Shown in pieces: positions 40,653 to 53,500 of a DNA stretch of 64,000 bases. Made by a program: the position numbers and the translations under genes. Position 1 is the stretch's first letter. Each line of letters opens with the position of its first letter. The DNA is from Barthelona sp. PCE. Lineage: Eukaryota. The stretch lies in contig JAUFOR010000006.1 of assembly GCA_040285745.1 (NCBI GenBank), positions 310,001-374,000 of the forward strand, given 5' to 3'. Below the pieces are notes generated by a model. That model saw only the letters and a list, made by a program, of their open reading frames with translations. It ran no database searches and was not told the DNA's origin.

Positions 40653-41774
40653 TCAGCGCTGTGTTGTTGGAGACGTTGCAATACATGTAAAGTTTGGTGT
40701 CTCCTTCGGTATCTCCACCCCGTACATTTCGGGTGGAAACATAACATCCATTGATGCGCGCAAGACATGCTCGGCAAAGTCTGGAAGGATGTCCTTGATG
40801 GAATCCGCCTTGGCTGCTAACAATGGGTTAGTGTTGATCTCAATAAGTTTAACGCTCATATCATTCGTTACCATAAAGTCGAAACCAAACAACTCGAATA
40901 CATTGGGCAGCTTCTCCTTGTTGATCAACTTGCTGCCCATCCTGAACACCGTTTTGATGATACTGCATACCTGTGAGTGAACTTTATCAAAATTCTCCTG
41001 ACCAATGAACTCATGAAACCTGGAGTACATTAGTGTGTTTCCCTCAAATACTTGGCCAAACTCCTCCAAGTGCTGTTGAAAACAGTGGTTTGTGAGGTGC
41101 ACTGCCGGGTCAAGTGAATTGTCATCGTACGGAAGACTACTCATACGCAGATATCCTTCATTATACAAAAAAACTTTGAACTCACCGTAATCGGTACAGA
41201 TGACCCATAAACGAATGTCAAACTTGTGCGATTGTATCAGTAATGCGTCTGATATGTACTCTTGGACGATCCAGTTTGGTGCTGTGTCAAGGCTGCTGAG
41301 AACCTCTGAAACAGAGTTGTGAACTGTTATTCCTTTCCCACAATTGCTACGACAAGGCTTCACAATCCACTTGGTTGACTCGGGGGCATTGTTTGCAAAA
41401 TCCTGAAACTCTGTCACTCCTTGACTGCGTTTGCCTGTAAAATGAAATGTTTTTGGAATAAAGCTCAATGGGCGGTTAGACATTCGCCCAAAACGTCTAA
41501 GATGTTGGAACAGACGGTCCTTTGTGCATATTTCCCTGAAAGAAGAAAAATGATTTATGGTTTGACGTTGATTATTCCTGGGAAAGTACTTCTTGACACC
41601 TACAGGTGTCCAAAGCCAGTTATAAAACCCCTCCCGTTCAACTTCTTCCCAATTTGAAGCCCTATCTGAAGAAAGAATTGCTTGCCTAAATAAATCACTG
41701 TTGTTTCTCACTCCTACAGCAAATTTAAACTTTCGGCTCGGGTTTACACGCTGAAGCGAACCAACACGACGCAT
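40653..41774 (-). CDS. Tubulin-tyrosine ligase-like (TTL/TTLL) protein
   Basis: WIVKP...GKGI, QEYI..LL...KFDIR, EGYLR, HLTN, FELFGFDFM, LIEINTNP; first ATG at 41774. Confidence 0.9.
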   Translation of the reverse strand: MRRVGSLQRVNPSRKFKFAVGVRNNSDLFRQAILSSDRASNWEEVEREGFYNWLWTPVGVKKYFPRNNQRQTINHFSSFREICTKDRLFQHLRRFGRMSNRPLSFIPKTFHFTGKRSQGVTEFQDFANNAPESTKWIVKPCRSNCGKGITVHNSVSEVLSSLDTAPNWIVQEYISDALLIQSHKFDIRLWVICTDYGEFKVFLYNEGYLRMSSLPYDDNSLDPAVHLTNHCFQQHLEEFGQVFEGNTLMYSRFHEFIGQENFDKVHSQVCSIIKTVFRMGSKLINKEKLPNVFELFGFDFMVTNDMSVKLIEINTNPLLAAKADSIKDILPDFAEHVLRASMDVMFPPEMYGVEIPKETPNFTCIATSPTTQR

Positions 41775-41813
41775 TAACCTGTGTAAAAGGATAAAATAAC
41801 AAAACAAGCTTTA

Positions 41814-44249
41814 CTAGGCGAATAATTCAGAGAATTCGCGATATGCAGATTTAGTTCTTGTGTCCTCCTTCTTGATCTTCTTGAAAGAAACCACACTGCA
41901 CATTCTGTTGTAAACAAGATTGGCATTTATAGTCTGCTCAATGTTTTCCTTAGAAGTACTGTAGACGATTGCTCTTGACTGTGACAGTAACAAACACTTA
42001 ACAATTCTGTCCTCCAACTGACCCTTGAGAGTCTCAATAATCTCTGCCTCATCAACGTCTTCTTTGCTCTCGACAAAAGCCAACGAGTAATTGTGTGCCA
42101 TCGGCTTGACGTGTTGACTGCTGTACTCCTCAGGCAACTCGAAGAGGAGATCAACGTTCTCTGTTACCTCAAGACCGAAATCCATAAGTCTGACTGTTGC
42201 ATCATCAACATCAACACCCTCAACAGTGGCACGACATAGACCGTGGCGGTAGTGATCAATGATGACTTCCTCACCAATAACAACACCCTCAACGCTAATT
42301 GGATCAATGGTTCCGATAGAAATAAGGAAATCCTTTTGCTCACCAGTTAGCTCGCCATAATGAGCATAAAATGTGCTCTCTGAAGAAATATACGTTACTG
42401 AAAGCTCAACAGGCTCTGTAGGAATAACAGCCTCCTCTGTAGGCTCGTAGTGCTCCCAGATACCTTGCTTAAGTTCCTTGAGCTCGTTCTGACGATCAAA
42501 GAGATGTTGAGTATCAGCGCTAGGTGCCATAACAAGTTCGGCAAGAGACATCTCCATCATCTCGACTAGAACGTTATTGCCGTTAAACCACATATTACCG
42601 TAGAAACAACCGCGCGCATCCATCTCATCAATTGTGATCTGGACACCGTCGCGCTGAAGCAAGTACTTATCAATAATATTAAGGTGCTCGGATGTGGGGT
42701 CTCCGGGGAAACGACCGCCGACAAGACCAAAGGTAATTAGACAATCAAGCGAAGGAATCATGACGCGGAAACGTGTTGAGTTGTATGTACGATCAACAAT
42801 TGCTTCAATACGACCAGCCTTTTGAAGCCTGTCCTTATGGGACTGTTGCTGGATGTTTGCGTTCTTTGTGGTGAGGTCTGTGTAACGATAATGAGGGCGA
42901 TCCATTTCGTTCATGTGAACTCCGCGCACCTCGCGCTTGGCTTCCTGTTCAGCAATGTGCAACTCATCAAAGCAAGCAGTACGGGCCACGTGAGCCTTAC
43001 CGCGGATGACAAAGGCGTAACCCAATCTCACCATCTCTACGGCGGGGTTGCGATTCTTGTACAAAACGTAACCGTGATACATAGAAGGTCCTTCCTCCCT
43101 CTGGGACTCCCACTCAACAACAACGTCGACTGTCTTTCCGATCAGCTCCTTCCTCATGAATTCCTTTGCCTCCCATGACATGGCTTCACCCTTGAATGTA
43201 CGTGTACGGATTCGGGGAGCGCGGATGTTGGCGAAGTTGATACGCATGCGTGTGGGCGTTTCAGCATCAACAGGCTCAACAAAGATGATACCACCCGAAG
43301 CGATCTCGCGAACAACAGCTTTGAAATGTCTGGCATCGTTCTCAACGAACTCCTTACCAATCCAAAGACCAGCTTGCTTCTTACGTGCCTGTGTTTCGGC
43401 GGCACGAAGCGATTTAGACATGTTGGGGATGAAAGGCAGAGACCAATCAGCTACAACAGCATATCCTCGCTCAAGCAGAAGAGCTTGGAAATCGTTGGTG
43501 TTTCTCTTTAAGTAACCAAAGACACGCTCTTTCTGTTCCTCAATGTGGTTGAAAGTGATGGTAACTCCCTCACGCTGAAGGAGTAAATCGTTAGTGAGAG
43601 CAAAAGAACGTTGATTTAGTTCCTCATGTGTTCTCTTATCAGCAAGACGGACACCGCTCAAGTTCACAGCAATCTGGACGAGATGCAGGTTGGTCTTGCG
43701 AGGATCACGAACAAGAATGCGCATGAAAGAAGCGGAAATAACGTGTTCAACAACACACTTACATGGGGAATCCTCATAAGCGTTGATGACACCCATGACG
43801 TCGACGAACTCTGGGTCGAAGTCAATGGTGGTGTTGTCTTCTCCTGACCAGATTCCAACACCTTGTGCTTTAGCCTGCTGTTGTGCAGAGACTAAGGATT
43901 GGTAGGTTGGTGAGACAGTATCTCCAACGCGGTTCTTGATGGTACGCAGCTGTGCGAAACCAGCAGAAAGAAGACGCTGAGCAAGCAGAACATCACCAGG
44001 TAAGTAAACATCTGCAAAGATGCGGCCATTCTCAGAACGCTCACGCACTACGTACTTGATCGTTGAACCGACCAGCTTTGAACGAACAAGTTCACGAGCA
44101 GCGAATCCAAATGGCTCACCCTCCCTCATACGATGGGGAGGTTTAGGCACTTGAATGTGCGTTGTAGTAAGTGTTATCTCATTGTTCGTCTTCTTATCAA
44201 CAACAACAAAAGTATCAGCAGAAGTAACGCGCTTAACGGTAGCAAACAT
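41814..44249 (-). CDS. SND1: Tudor staphylococcal nuclease (Tudor-SN)
   Basis: Four SN repeats (VKRVTSADT, EPFGFAARE, AQQQAK..GIW, WEAKEFMRKELIGK) followed by a Tudor segment; start set at MFATVKRV. Confidence 0.88.
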   Translation of the reverse strand: MFATVKRVTSADTFVVVDKKTNNEITLTTTHIQVPKPPHRMREGEPFGFAARELVRSKLVGSTIKYVVRERSENGRIFADVYLPGDVLLAQRLLSAGFAQLRTIKNRVGDTVSPTYQSLVSAQQQAKAQGVGIWSGEDNTTIDFDPEFVDVMGVINAYEDSPCKCVVEHVISASFMRILVRDPRKTNLHLVQIAVNLSGVRLADKRTHEELNQRSFALTNDLLLQREGVTITFNHIEEQKERVFGYLKRNTNDFQALLLERGYAVVADWSLPFIPNMSKSLRAAETQARKKQAGLWIGKEFVENDARHFKAVVREIASGGIIFVEPVDAETPTRMRINFANIRAPRIRTRTFKGEAMSWEAKEFMRKELIGKTVDVVVEWESQREEGPSMYHGYVLYKNRNPAVEMVRLGYAFVIRGKAHVARTACFDELHIAEQEAKREVRGVHMNEMDRPHYRYTDLTTKNANIQQQSHKDRLQKAGRIEAIVDRTYNSTRFRVMIPSLDCLITFGLVGGRFPGDPTSEHLNIIDKYLLQRDGVQITIDEMDARGCFYGNMWFNGNNVLVEMMEMSLAELVMAPSADTQHLFDRQNELKELKQGIWEHYEPTEEAVIPTEPVELSVTYISSESTFYAHYGELTGEQKDFLISIGTIDPISVEGVVIGEEVIIDHYRHGLCRATVEGVDVDDATVRLMDFGLEVTENVDLLFELPEEYSSQHVKPMAHNYSLAFVESKEDVDEAEIIETLKGQLEDRIVKCLLLSQSRAIVYSTSKENIEQTINANLVYNRMCSVVSFKKIKKEDTRTKSAYREFSELFA

Positions 44250-44509
44250 GGACCAGAAAAAAGTAAGAAAAAAAATTGCAAGGAAGACGTACTCTAGGGC
44301 CCATATGAAGTGGTTAAGTAATATATAAAAGTTCATAACAAGCCATACAAAAGAGAAAATTCTACATTGTAGTTTACACTTCTTCAATGCTCATTTATTA
44401 CATAGCTTTAACTTTTTGAGGAGCTAAAAGATGAATTAAACCCCCCTGAGGACAATTCCTATCCTTAAAACAAAAAGCAAGATCGAAAAAAATACATTGA
44501 TTTATTGTA

Positions 44510-47500
44510 TTACTCAAAACACTGACATAAGAGAGCCACACCTCTCTGAATCCAGTGACTTTGTGGATGTTTGGATGGTAGATCCAATGGAAGAATGAAA
44601 TTAGTTGATCGACCAGTTGTACTAAGAACACCTGATCTAGTTGGCGTCTTATACACTGGACATTGATACACATTGCTGTTTGTTTGAGAATCCTCCGTCT
44701 TAAGAGGTTGTAACCAAATAACATTCATTGGGCTGACTAGATTGCGCACACTTGTCTCCGTGATAACCTTTGCGCGTGAATTCCACTGAGCACCTTCAAG
44801 CATTAGTCCATCAACATGGACACCTGTTTTCGGTGCCTCGTGAAGCGCTGCAGGGTCTGTTACTTCGAGAACGTGTGTCTTAAAAACAAGACTGTCGATG
44901 GGAATCAATGTTTGACGAGCATGACGCTGTAGGACAGCTGTCAGGAAACCTTGTGGGAAGAAGAAAGCGGGCAGATGATACGACACGGGGTCAGATTTGC
45001 ACCAACTGCGGAAGAATGCAACTCTGCGAACGAGGTCAGCAAACCAGTTCGCCAGTGACATCACACTCGGATACGCATTATTGCACCATAGATTTGGTAC
45101 TCTATTAAGTAACAGCGAGTTGTACGATTGCTCGAGTCCTTCACTCATTACAACGAGACCTTTAATACCACGCTTCAAATTCTTGAGGTCATTCTCGATC
45201 ACAACCAACAACTTATTGAAACGGGCGCATTCCTGTTGAAGAACTGTGTTCATCGCCTCGGTTGTGCGCTTGTAGTCTGGTACGTTAAGTGTAGCAGGGA
45301 GTTGGCTCAAGAACTCATCAGATGCACGCATCACTAACTCGTCTGGCGAGAGAGCGCTACTTGACTTCATACGTGGCTGCAAATCAAGGACATTGTTGAG
45401 TAACTCCATTGTCTGTGCACGTTGGAATGAAAGGTTGGCGTTATTGTGTAAACCGTAAATTTCAGGCACTTCAGTAACTTGAGAAGCTTGTACAAAATCG
45501 ATAAACCCATGTAGGCTGTCCGCTTGCGGGATAGAAAAGCGGCTGTCTGGGGTTAACGCAAAACCTGCCTTCGTGGCACCAGGTTCGATGAAACGCTGAA
45601 GGAGAGTATCCAAACAGCGCTGGTCAATAGAGTCAGTAACACGACCACCGTAATTGATGATGGATGACATGTAGTGTAACTGCTTCCACGGCAGTTCTTG
45701 ACCGTCTGTGAAAGCCTTTGTTACTGTGTTATGCAGCATAGAGACACTGATGTGGAAGTCCGAAAACGTCCACTCATAAGGAATGTTCCATCCCAGCGGA
45801 CCAAAGCGTTTACGCTCCAGAATCGATGAGTGGAAGAAGCAAAGGGAATACAACAGGCGAAGGAATTCCACCGGGGCATCCTCGCACAATGACTCGTCAA
45901 CTTCGCTCAATAATCCGCGGAGGTTGGCCTTAAGACCAGCAGGGGGTTCGTTTGTTAGCTTGACACCCTGCTGAAGAACAGGAACGGGGAACGCCTCTGA
46001 TGGCATGGAAGTCAAAAACAGTCTGAACTCAGGATGGATAGCAGCTGTATCACTGTATAACGCATCCAGTTTTCTTTCAAGAGCCGGCATCCATGATGTG
46101 CAAAGATGACAGTTCTGAAGGAAGACCCAATCTCCGCTGAGAATTGCATCATCAATGAGTGCTTCAGCGATTGGACCCTGACCCTGACCGAGAGAAAGGA
46201 TGCGGAGGCGTGAATCCATTTGTTTATCACGTGCAAACTTCATGAGACGATCGCTGGGATCGGCACCGGCTGAAAGGATGAAGATGATGGGGGTAGATGA
46301 AGTGGAATCGTCAAATGAGACACCCAAATCGAAAGAAGGCATCTCAATGAAGCGTTTACCCAAAACATCCTTGACAAACTCCGACACAAGGAGCGATACC
46401 TTCTCCTTCCGAGTTATTGAAAGAAGCATGAGCATCTGCCACGATGAAAGTGTGTTACTCGAATAGTTCGAAGGCATGTGAGGCATACCAGCACGGACAG
46501 ACTCAAAGAATGCTGTCCACTCATGCTTGTTTGTTTCCAGATCGCTGATAATGGACGCGAATCCAGGGAACTTTGACAAACCCATGAAATTTGTATACTG
46601 CTGATCAGACATCCAATTAAATCGGGAGACGTGCTTATCTGTTGTGTTACCCCTAAGGAAGAAGTTCCACTCAATTTCAGTTATCTTTCCAACATCACGT
46701 TGTAACTGTACTGCTAAAAGGTAAGAGAAAAGAACCTTGTCTTTGACAAACAGACCACGCGATACATTTTGGAAAACAGCATACGTGACCTCGTCTCTCA
46801 GCAGCTTAACACGCTCAGCAACAGAGATGTCACCAGTCTTGGTCTTCTCGATAACTAGGTTGAAGAGTGACACGAAGAAATTCAATGACCACTGATACAT
46901 AGGATCGACATTGCTCATATCGCTCACAACAAAATAGATTATAGAGCCTCTGTTTGCGAGATCGCGATATTCATTACGGATCTTATCAATGTTCTTTGCT
47001 GTTTCCTCACTCTCGTGAAGTGATTTTGTGACGCTCACGCTCGTCTTCTTTGCGGAATCCAGTGTCTGGATAAGCACCTCGTCATCAAGCAGGTTACCAC
47101 TGGCACTGCTCAGAAGACCAAGAATATCGTCTTCTACCTTCTGCAACGCCTTCTGGCTGTCAGCAATCTGAACAACCAGTTGGTCCTTCTGTTGCTCCAA
47201 ATCCGGGCGTTCAACACGAATTGCTGAACTGAGCAACTGATCGCTCAGACCCTTCTGGGTAACAGTGAAGTTTATCAGTGTAACACGAATCTGAATTTCG
47301 GGTACATAGTGAGGGTTGCCCAGCTTAGTGGTCATAAAGAAGCGGAAGTCCTCGTTCCAGTCAACGTCCTTGTCTCCAAGTCTCAGTATCTTTCGACTGC
47401 CCACCTCTCGGATGCGCTTGAGCAAAATTGGTTCTAATGAGGGATCTAAAGTCTCTTCGATATCTTCAAGCAAGACCGGAATACCAATACGGATGGCGTT

Positions 47501-50500
47501 TTCAATGGTACGCAGCAGCTTGTCATCTGAAAGACGACACACACGGAGCGTATTCTCCTTCTCAAGGTTCTTCAGCCACTTGTTAGCCTGCGTCTGGGGA
47601 TCAATACAGAGAGGCCACTTAGAAGCGTTTGTGAGAATACACGCGTTATCGATTGATAGTGGATCGTCAGGCAGACTCATGGTGATCCAGTCCCTGACAC
47701 GCATCGGGTTTGCAATGGTTGCACTCAGAGAAAAGTCCTTAGTGTACACAACATCGAGCTCATCGAGCTTCTCCTTCCATTGACCGACAAGAACAGCACG
47801 GAAACTGCTGTTAAAAGGACCCAAATAAATAAGAGCACCTGCTGAGAGCAGTGAATCACCAATAAGCGTTGCAGTTCTGGCGGAAATGATCTTGTGATCC
47901 TCAGACCACCTCTTTTCCTCGTCAGCAAGACCGCTTGTAAGCTTCTCAGCACGCTGCAACTTGATTTTTGTATCTTCAATATCATCACTAATTGCGTTTT
48001 GCTTGTCAAGAGCTGCCTGGTAACTCGCTTTAAGGCGGGCAACAATGGTCTCTTTCTCATCCAACTCTGCTTGTTTGCCGTTGAGCTCTGCCTGCATCAC
48101 AGCCAAATTAGATTCGGCCTCCTTCAGCGCTTGACGTTTGGGACCGACAACTTCAACAACATCAGCGTACTTGGATACAGCGATAACCCACTGACAGAGA
48201 CAGTTGGCGGCTTCAGATACGCGCTGGATACGCTTGGGGTCGAATTCCTCAAGTGAGATATACTGACGCTTAACCTTGTTACGAATACGACGCGGAATTG
48301 AATCCTTATCGTAGTTCTGAAGATTCTTCAAGAAGTTAAGATCAGCTAGCTGGCGCTGAGCATTCTGCCATGTAGGCTCAACACCCATCAATACACAAAC
48401 TGCCTCCATAACAAGTTTAACATCTGCAGGAGGGCGCTTGAAGGTACGAACGACTGAAATTTGCTGTGAGTCCAAAGTCTCGAGTGCCTTGAGCGCGGCC
48501 TTGTAGATGGGCTCTGCTTCAGCGAGATCTGCTGCTGCATCGTCTCGAATTGCCTCGCACTCAATCGTTTTCTCTGTTACAATTTCCTTCTGCGCAGCGA
48601 CAACGTCACGAGCCTCGGTTGCAACAACCTCTTCCTTCTGGAGATCCACCAATTTGGCCTCGGTCTCAAATGCTGCCTTTTCCAGCTGCGGTTGAAGTTT
48701 AGTCAGAGTGATTTGCATCTCAGCAACCGTTGAGTTGGCCTGACGTAGTTTGTCCAGGCCTGATGCAAGGCGATCGATCTGAGAATGAAGAGCTGTGTGT
48801 TGTTCCGAAAGCGTCTTACGGAAAGTTTCAAGAAGATCGAGATATGAAGCAGGTGTCACGTAATTGTGTCTACGCAACTCATCAAGATATCGGGTTGACT
48901 CGTTAGTAACTGTCTCCTGGAGATGCACACACATCTCAACAACAGAGTTGAGTAACTTCTGGGGCACAAGTGCTTCCATCTCGAGTTGTGAATGTGCGAC
49001 ACTGTTAAGCGCCTCAGCAGGCCATTTGTCGAACCAATCAAGGGAACAGCAGTTAACTAATGCAGGGAACTGACGTACACGGGAACGGAACGAAGAACCA
49101 ACAGGTGACATACACAATACGATGTGCAATCCTTCACGCACGCGGTGAACAAACTCAGAAAGACAGTTCTCCACAGACTCTGGGATACCATGTTCCTTGA
49201 GGTAAGGAGCGATGGAATTTTGGATTCGTGAAATCTCATCGTTAGCCCAGAGATCTGGGATCTCTCCAGAATTCAGAATGTTGTTAATATCTTCAAGGAA
49301 TCCCTCATCAACAACCTGCGTGTCGTTCAGAATGAAGACACTTGGCTCGTTTTCAGCACCTACATTCATCAATACTTTCTTAACATCCTCACGGAACTCA
49401 AAAACGCCATAGTTATTAGTGATTTCGACAGAAAACACCGCTTGTCCGCAAATATGTGCAGCAAGACGGGTAGCAGTTTGACGACCAGAACCACCTACAC
49501 CAATAAGCAAAGCATTTCCACGTGGTGTGTTGAGGATACGAGAAATACGCAGAATATGACGAATAGCATCACGGAAGAAGACATATTTCACCTCCATAGA
49601 AGGATAAGTAATGTTAAAGTCTTCCAGGAAGCTATCCAAAACAGTAACCAATGCATCATATGAGTCTGACTCACGATACATGCGCGCTTCACTGTAACCT
49701 CCAACAAAATCACCAAACATTAGTGTGTCTGGGTCAGGGATCTGATCATGCTCAATGCCAAAGTGATCATGAACATGGGACATGATTGTCCTGTTAAAGG
49801 TAGCACGGTCTTCATCACAAGTGAGACGATCGTAGAACACGCGCTGTGTCTCATGAGCCCAAAGGCGAGAGACGCTATCGACAGACGAAACAACCATCGG
49901 AGATGATGAGCATACACCCTGCACAATCTTGGATAAATCTCGTAAGTTAAACGTATAGTGTGACTTGCTGGGGGTGGGTAGCAGCGTTGAGATAGCTACT
50001 CCGTACACAGAAAGGCTCGCATTAACGATACTGCTTATTGTGCCTTGCACTTCAGAGTTGAAGCGATCCAGAAGGCTTTCAAGGACTTTAGTGAAGATTA
50101 GCTTGATACTTGAATCAGTCATCTGAGGCATGTATATCTGCATCATCTTTGCAACCAAACGATCAGAGATTTCTGTTCTACCACCGCCCGGTGGACCCAT
50201 AGCTCCAACAATGTGAGTGTCAACAACCTCCTTGAAGAAGAACTCTTTACGGTCATAAAAACCGCCTTGGTCAATGATTTGCCTAATGAGCTCAAGCGGA
50301 GGCTGAGCACCATACTCTTCCTTCGCTGGCATGTTCATATCATCAACAAACAAAACGCGACCCTTGCCTGGCGGTGCGCCAAGAACAGTCTTACGCTTTC
50401 GAGACCACTTGGATTCGATCAGAGTCTGCAGCTGGTAAGATGAGGTACGCGCAGAGAGGTTCGACACAGTCGTGAGCATCGTCTCTTCTTCATCCATCTT

Positions 50501-53500
50501 GTTTGAGAACTGGTTGACAGTGACAGTCTTTCCGGTACCACTCTCACCAACAAACAGAATGTGGCTTCCTGCTCGGAACGCCAATTCAATGAGATGAGAG
50601 TAACGAGACGAGTCTAGCGTAGGCACAACAATCTGGTTAAAGGATGCATCCTCGATTGGTTTGAATTTGGGAACAGCAACCTCCCAGTTAACAAACACCA
50701 GCTGCTTGAAGTCAATAAATGTATCGAAAATCGAGTCAATGACTGGCAGCTCAACAATAGAGGATGCCTTGTGTACAATGTACATCTGCTTGAAGTACTT
50801 ATCAAATTTGACACGGCTTTCCTGATCAATGGAACCACCGAATGACCAGTAGAATGAGTAGATAAAGATGAGCAAATAGAACCTGTCAAACTCGTCAGGA
50901 GTCAAATTCAACTGTTCCGAATCTTTCTTGTTCTGCTTCTGCTCCTTTAGTCGGGCGAGAATCTCAGAATCACCGCCTTCTTCAACAATCTCCTGCTCCT
51001 TCTCAGGGAAGTAAGGTGTCATTAGCGCCTCCATAAGGGAAAGGCATGTCTCAACACGAGTTATAAGAAGTGTTTCAACTGCATAATTGCACTCATTCTT
51101 AACAAACTTATCGAAATCTTCAACGAAATCAACCAGGTACTTGAACAAACGTGTTCCTGACGTAGGAATCAGGCTGTCCATGCGTGCACGCCATGTTTCC
51201 GCGGGTGCTTGCCATCCGAGGTCGCTATGACCTAAATAAACCATACCACAACGTGATACCGTAGCTGGTGACGCTTCTGATAGATCACGTACCTCAAACA
51301 CAGCGTTAACTGTGTCAGGGAGTTTGATACGTTGGCCATTGGCAAGACACAACATCTTGTTATCATCAAGAACAGTATTCATATTCTCGATCCAAAGAGC
51401 GTCGACAGGACCGTCGAATACAATAAACTTTTTGCGATCACTGTTCTGAGCAGCATCAACAACGTTATTAGCGAGAATACCGACGAGACCGTCAGTCCAC
51501 TCGTAGGAAATGGGGTTGGAGAAACCAAACAATTCGTACATTGTGAGGGACTTGGGATTGAGCTTGTAGCAGTCAACAGGACGATAGTGATGACAGCCAG
51601 GACCCTCAGTGATTCCCTTCTCGTGAAGAAGAGTCAGAGCATTGGCCAGCCCATTAAGACACACCGTCTTGCCCGTTGCCGGAAGACCGACAAGCATCAG
51701 ACCGTGACGCACAATGTGTGTCTCGAACAGTTGCTGGATCTTACCCACAAAGGCAGGTATCAATTGGAAGCCATCGCGCGTGAGTACTTCCTCGATTGCT
51801 TCGCGAAGAACACCGTAATCAACTGACGGAATCTCAACACCAGGGAAAAGATCTGAAATAATATTCAAAAACAGAGGTACATCGTTTGCAATGAATTTAG
51901 GAAGGTTTGAATCACGAAGCGCACGGATAAGCACAATATCCTCAGGGAGCTCAGCGTAGTCACGCTTGAGGGAACCTGCGGCAACAAGAACTGCCTTGAT
52001 AGCACGCATACCGTAATCGTAATGCTTCTGCTGGGACAGTTGCTCTGAAGCGAGCTTATAAAGCATAACCATCTTCTTGGCGAGCACCTTTGCGCCAGCA
52101 AATCCTTGTGAATAAAGAATGATCTCAGCAATCAGAGAATAATCCGGAACCATCATAGAAATGGGACGGAAACAAGCCTTTAGGTTATCAGGAAGCTCAG
52201 TACGACCGGCGTAACCTGGGTTCATTGTAATAAACACACCAAAGTTTCCATTGATCGAGAGCGGCTTACCTTCAAACATAAAGGACTCTACCTTTGAACG
52301 CAGGGCATTCTGGATTGTGAGGAGTTGTTGTGCAATGACAGATAGTACTTCAATTTCGATACGGTTAAACTCATCGAAACAAGAAAACGCACCGACCGAA
52401 CACAGACCGCGAAGGAATTTAGCAACGAATTGCGCCGAGATGTTGTCTGACGCGTTGAAAACAATCGCAGGAACCGCAAGACTCTTTGCGAGATCCTTAA
52501 CCGTTTCTGTCTTTCCTGTACCGGCAGGGCCCTGTGGGTTACCACCAAGGGAGTAGTGCATTGCGCTTGTGAGCGTAATGTAACACCGATCAGTAAGCGG
52601 AGTGATAACTAGACGACCAGCATTGCCCAAATACTCGTATGCACTTGTAAATTCGGCATCTGTTTGGCGCACCTTCAAGTTATCATCCTCCCAATAGAAA
52701 CGAAGCTGCTTCAACCAATCGAAATCGTTAATGGATGAGATTCCGTCGGTACGCAATTGGTTCAGCACCTCAAGCGAGTGCACATCAATAATTGTAAGGG
52801 TGGATAACAAAGAACGGTGCAACTTTGGCAAGTTTCCACGGACAAGCTCAACAAGTTCCAAAAGACGCTTGTGCCACATGTCATGGATTCTATTGGTGGC
52901 ATTGCGATCACCTTCAGCGACCTGCTTCAGTGCAGTCTCAACATCGAGAGTCCAGTTAAGGAGATCTGATGTGAGGATCGTCTGACTTGGATGAGAGAAC
53001 AACCAAGTGGAGCGCTTTGTACGAGATGAATCGATAAATGCATTGTACTGTGCCTGATGCAACGTCTTCTTCATAGCATTCTCGACGTCTCCCAACCAGA
53101 ACTCAACCTGTTCAGTAGCCACAACCTGTTTGGTGAGGGATACAACCTCACCCTCAGGCGACTGTAGCCCAAGCACCTTGTTGCCCTCGAACTGCAACTT
53201 TTTGATACCGTCGAAGCACTTAATCATATGCTCCTGAACCGCATGAGGATTCTTAGTCTGCGACAAGATCTGCAGTAACTGATCGTTCGACAAGAAATAG
53301 AAACGGGGGAACTGCTGACGCTTGGTCTCAAGATATTCCTCAAGGGATTTCTGAATCTCTTCAAGCGCAATATTTGCGTTCAAGAATTTTTCCAACAATT
53401 CAACGTCATCAATAACAGTGATGGCATGAGGATCCTTATCAAGATTGCGTGTGAAAGAAACCCACTGCAAATCAACGACAGAGAACTTCTCATATTCATC

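Noticed and set aside
41775..41813. Pyrimidine tract plus ACACAG before the TTLL ATG, like a spliced-leader acceptor
   Set aside because: No ACTAAC branch motif, and a consistent AG is not seen before other genes; the T-rich tract is better explained as promoter
44250..44387. Hydrophobic N-terminal extension of Tudor-SN in the ORF track (similar extensions on DDX55, RFC5, WDR91, TTLL, TDP1)
   Set aside because: These are translations of T-rich promoter tracts from upstream TTG/GTG/ATG codons; homology starts at the downstream ATG
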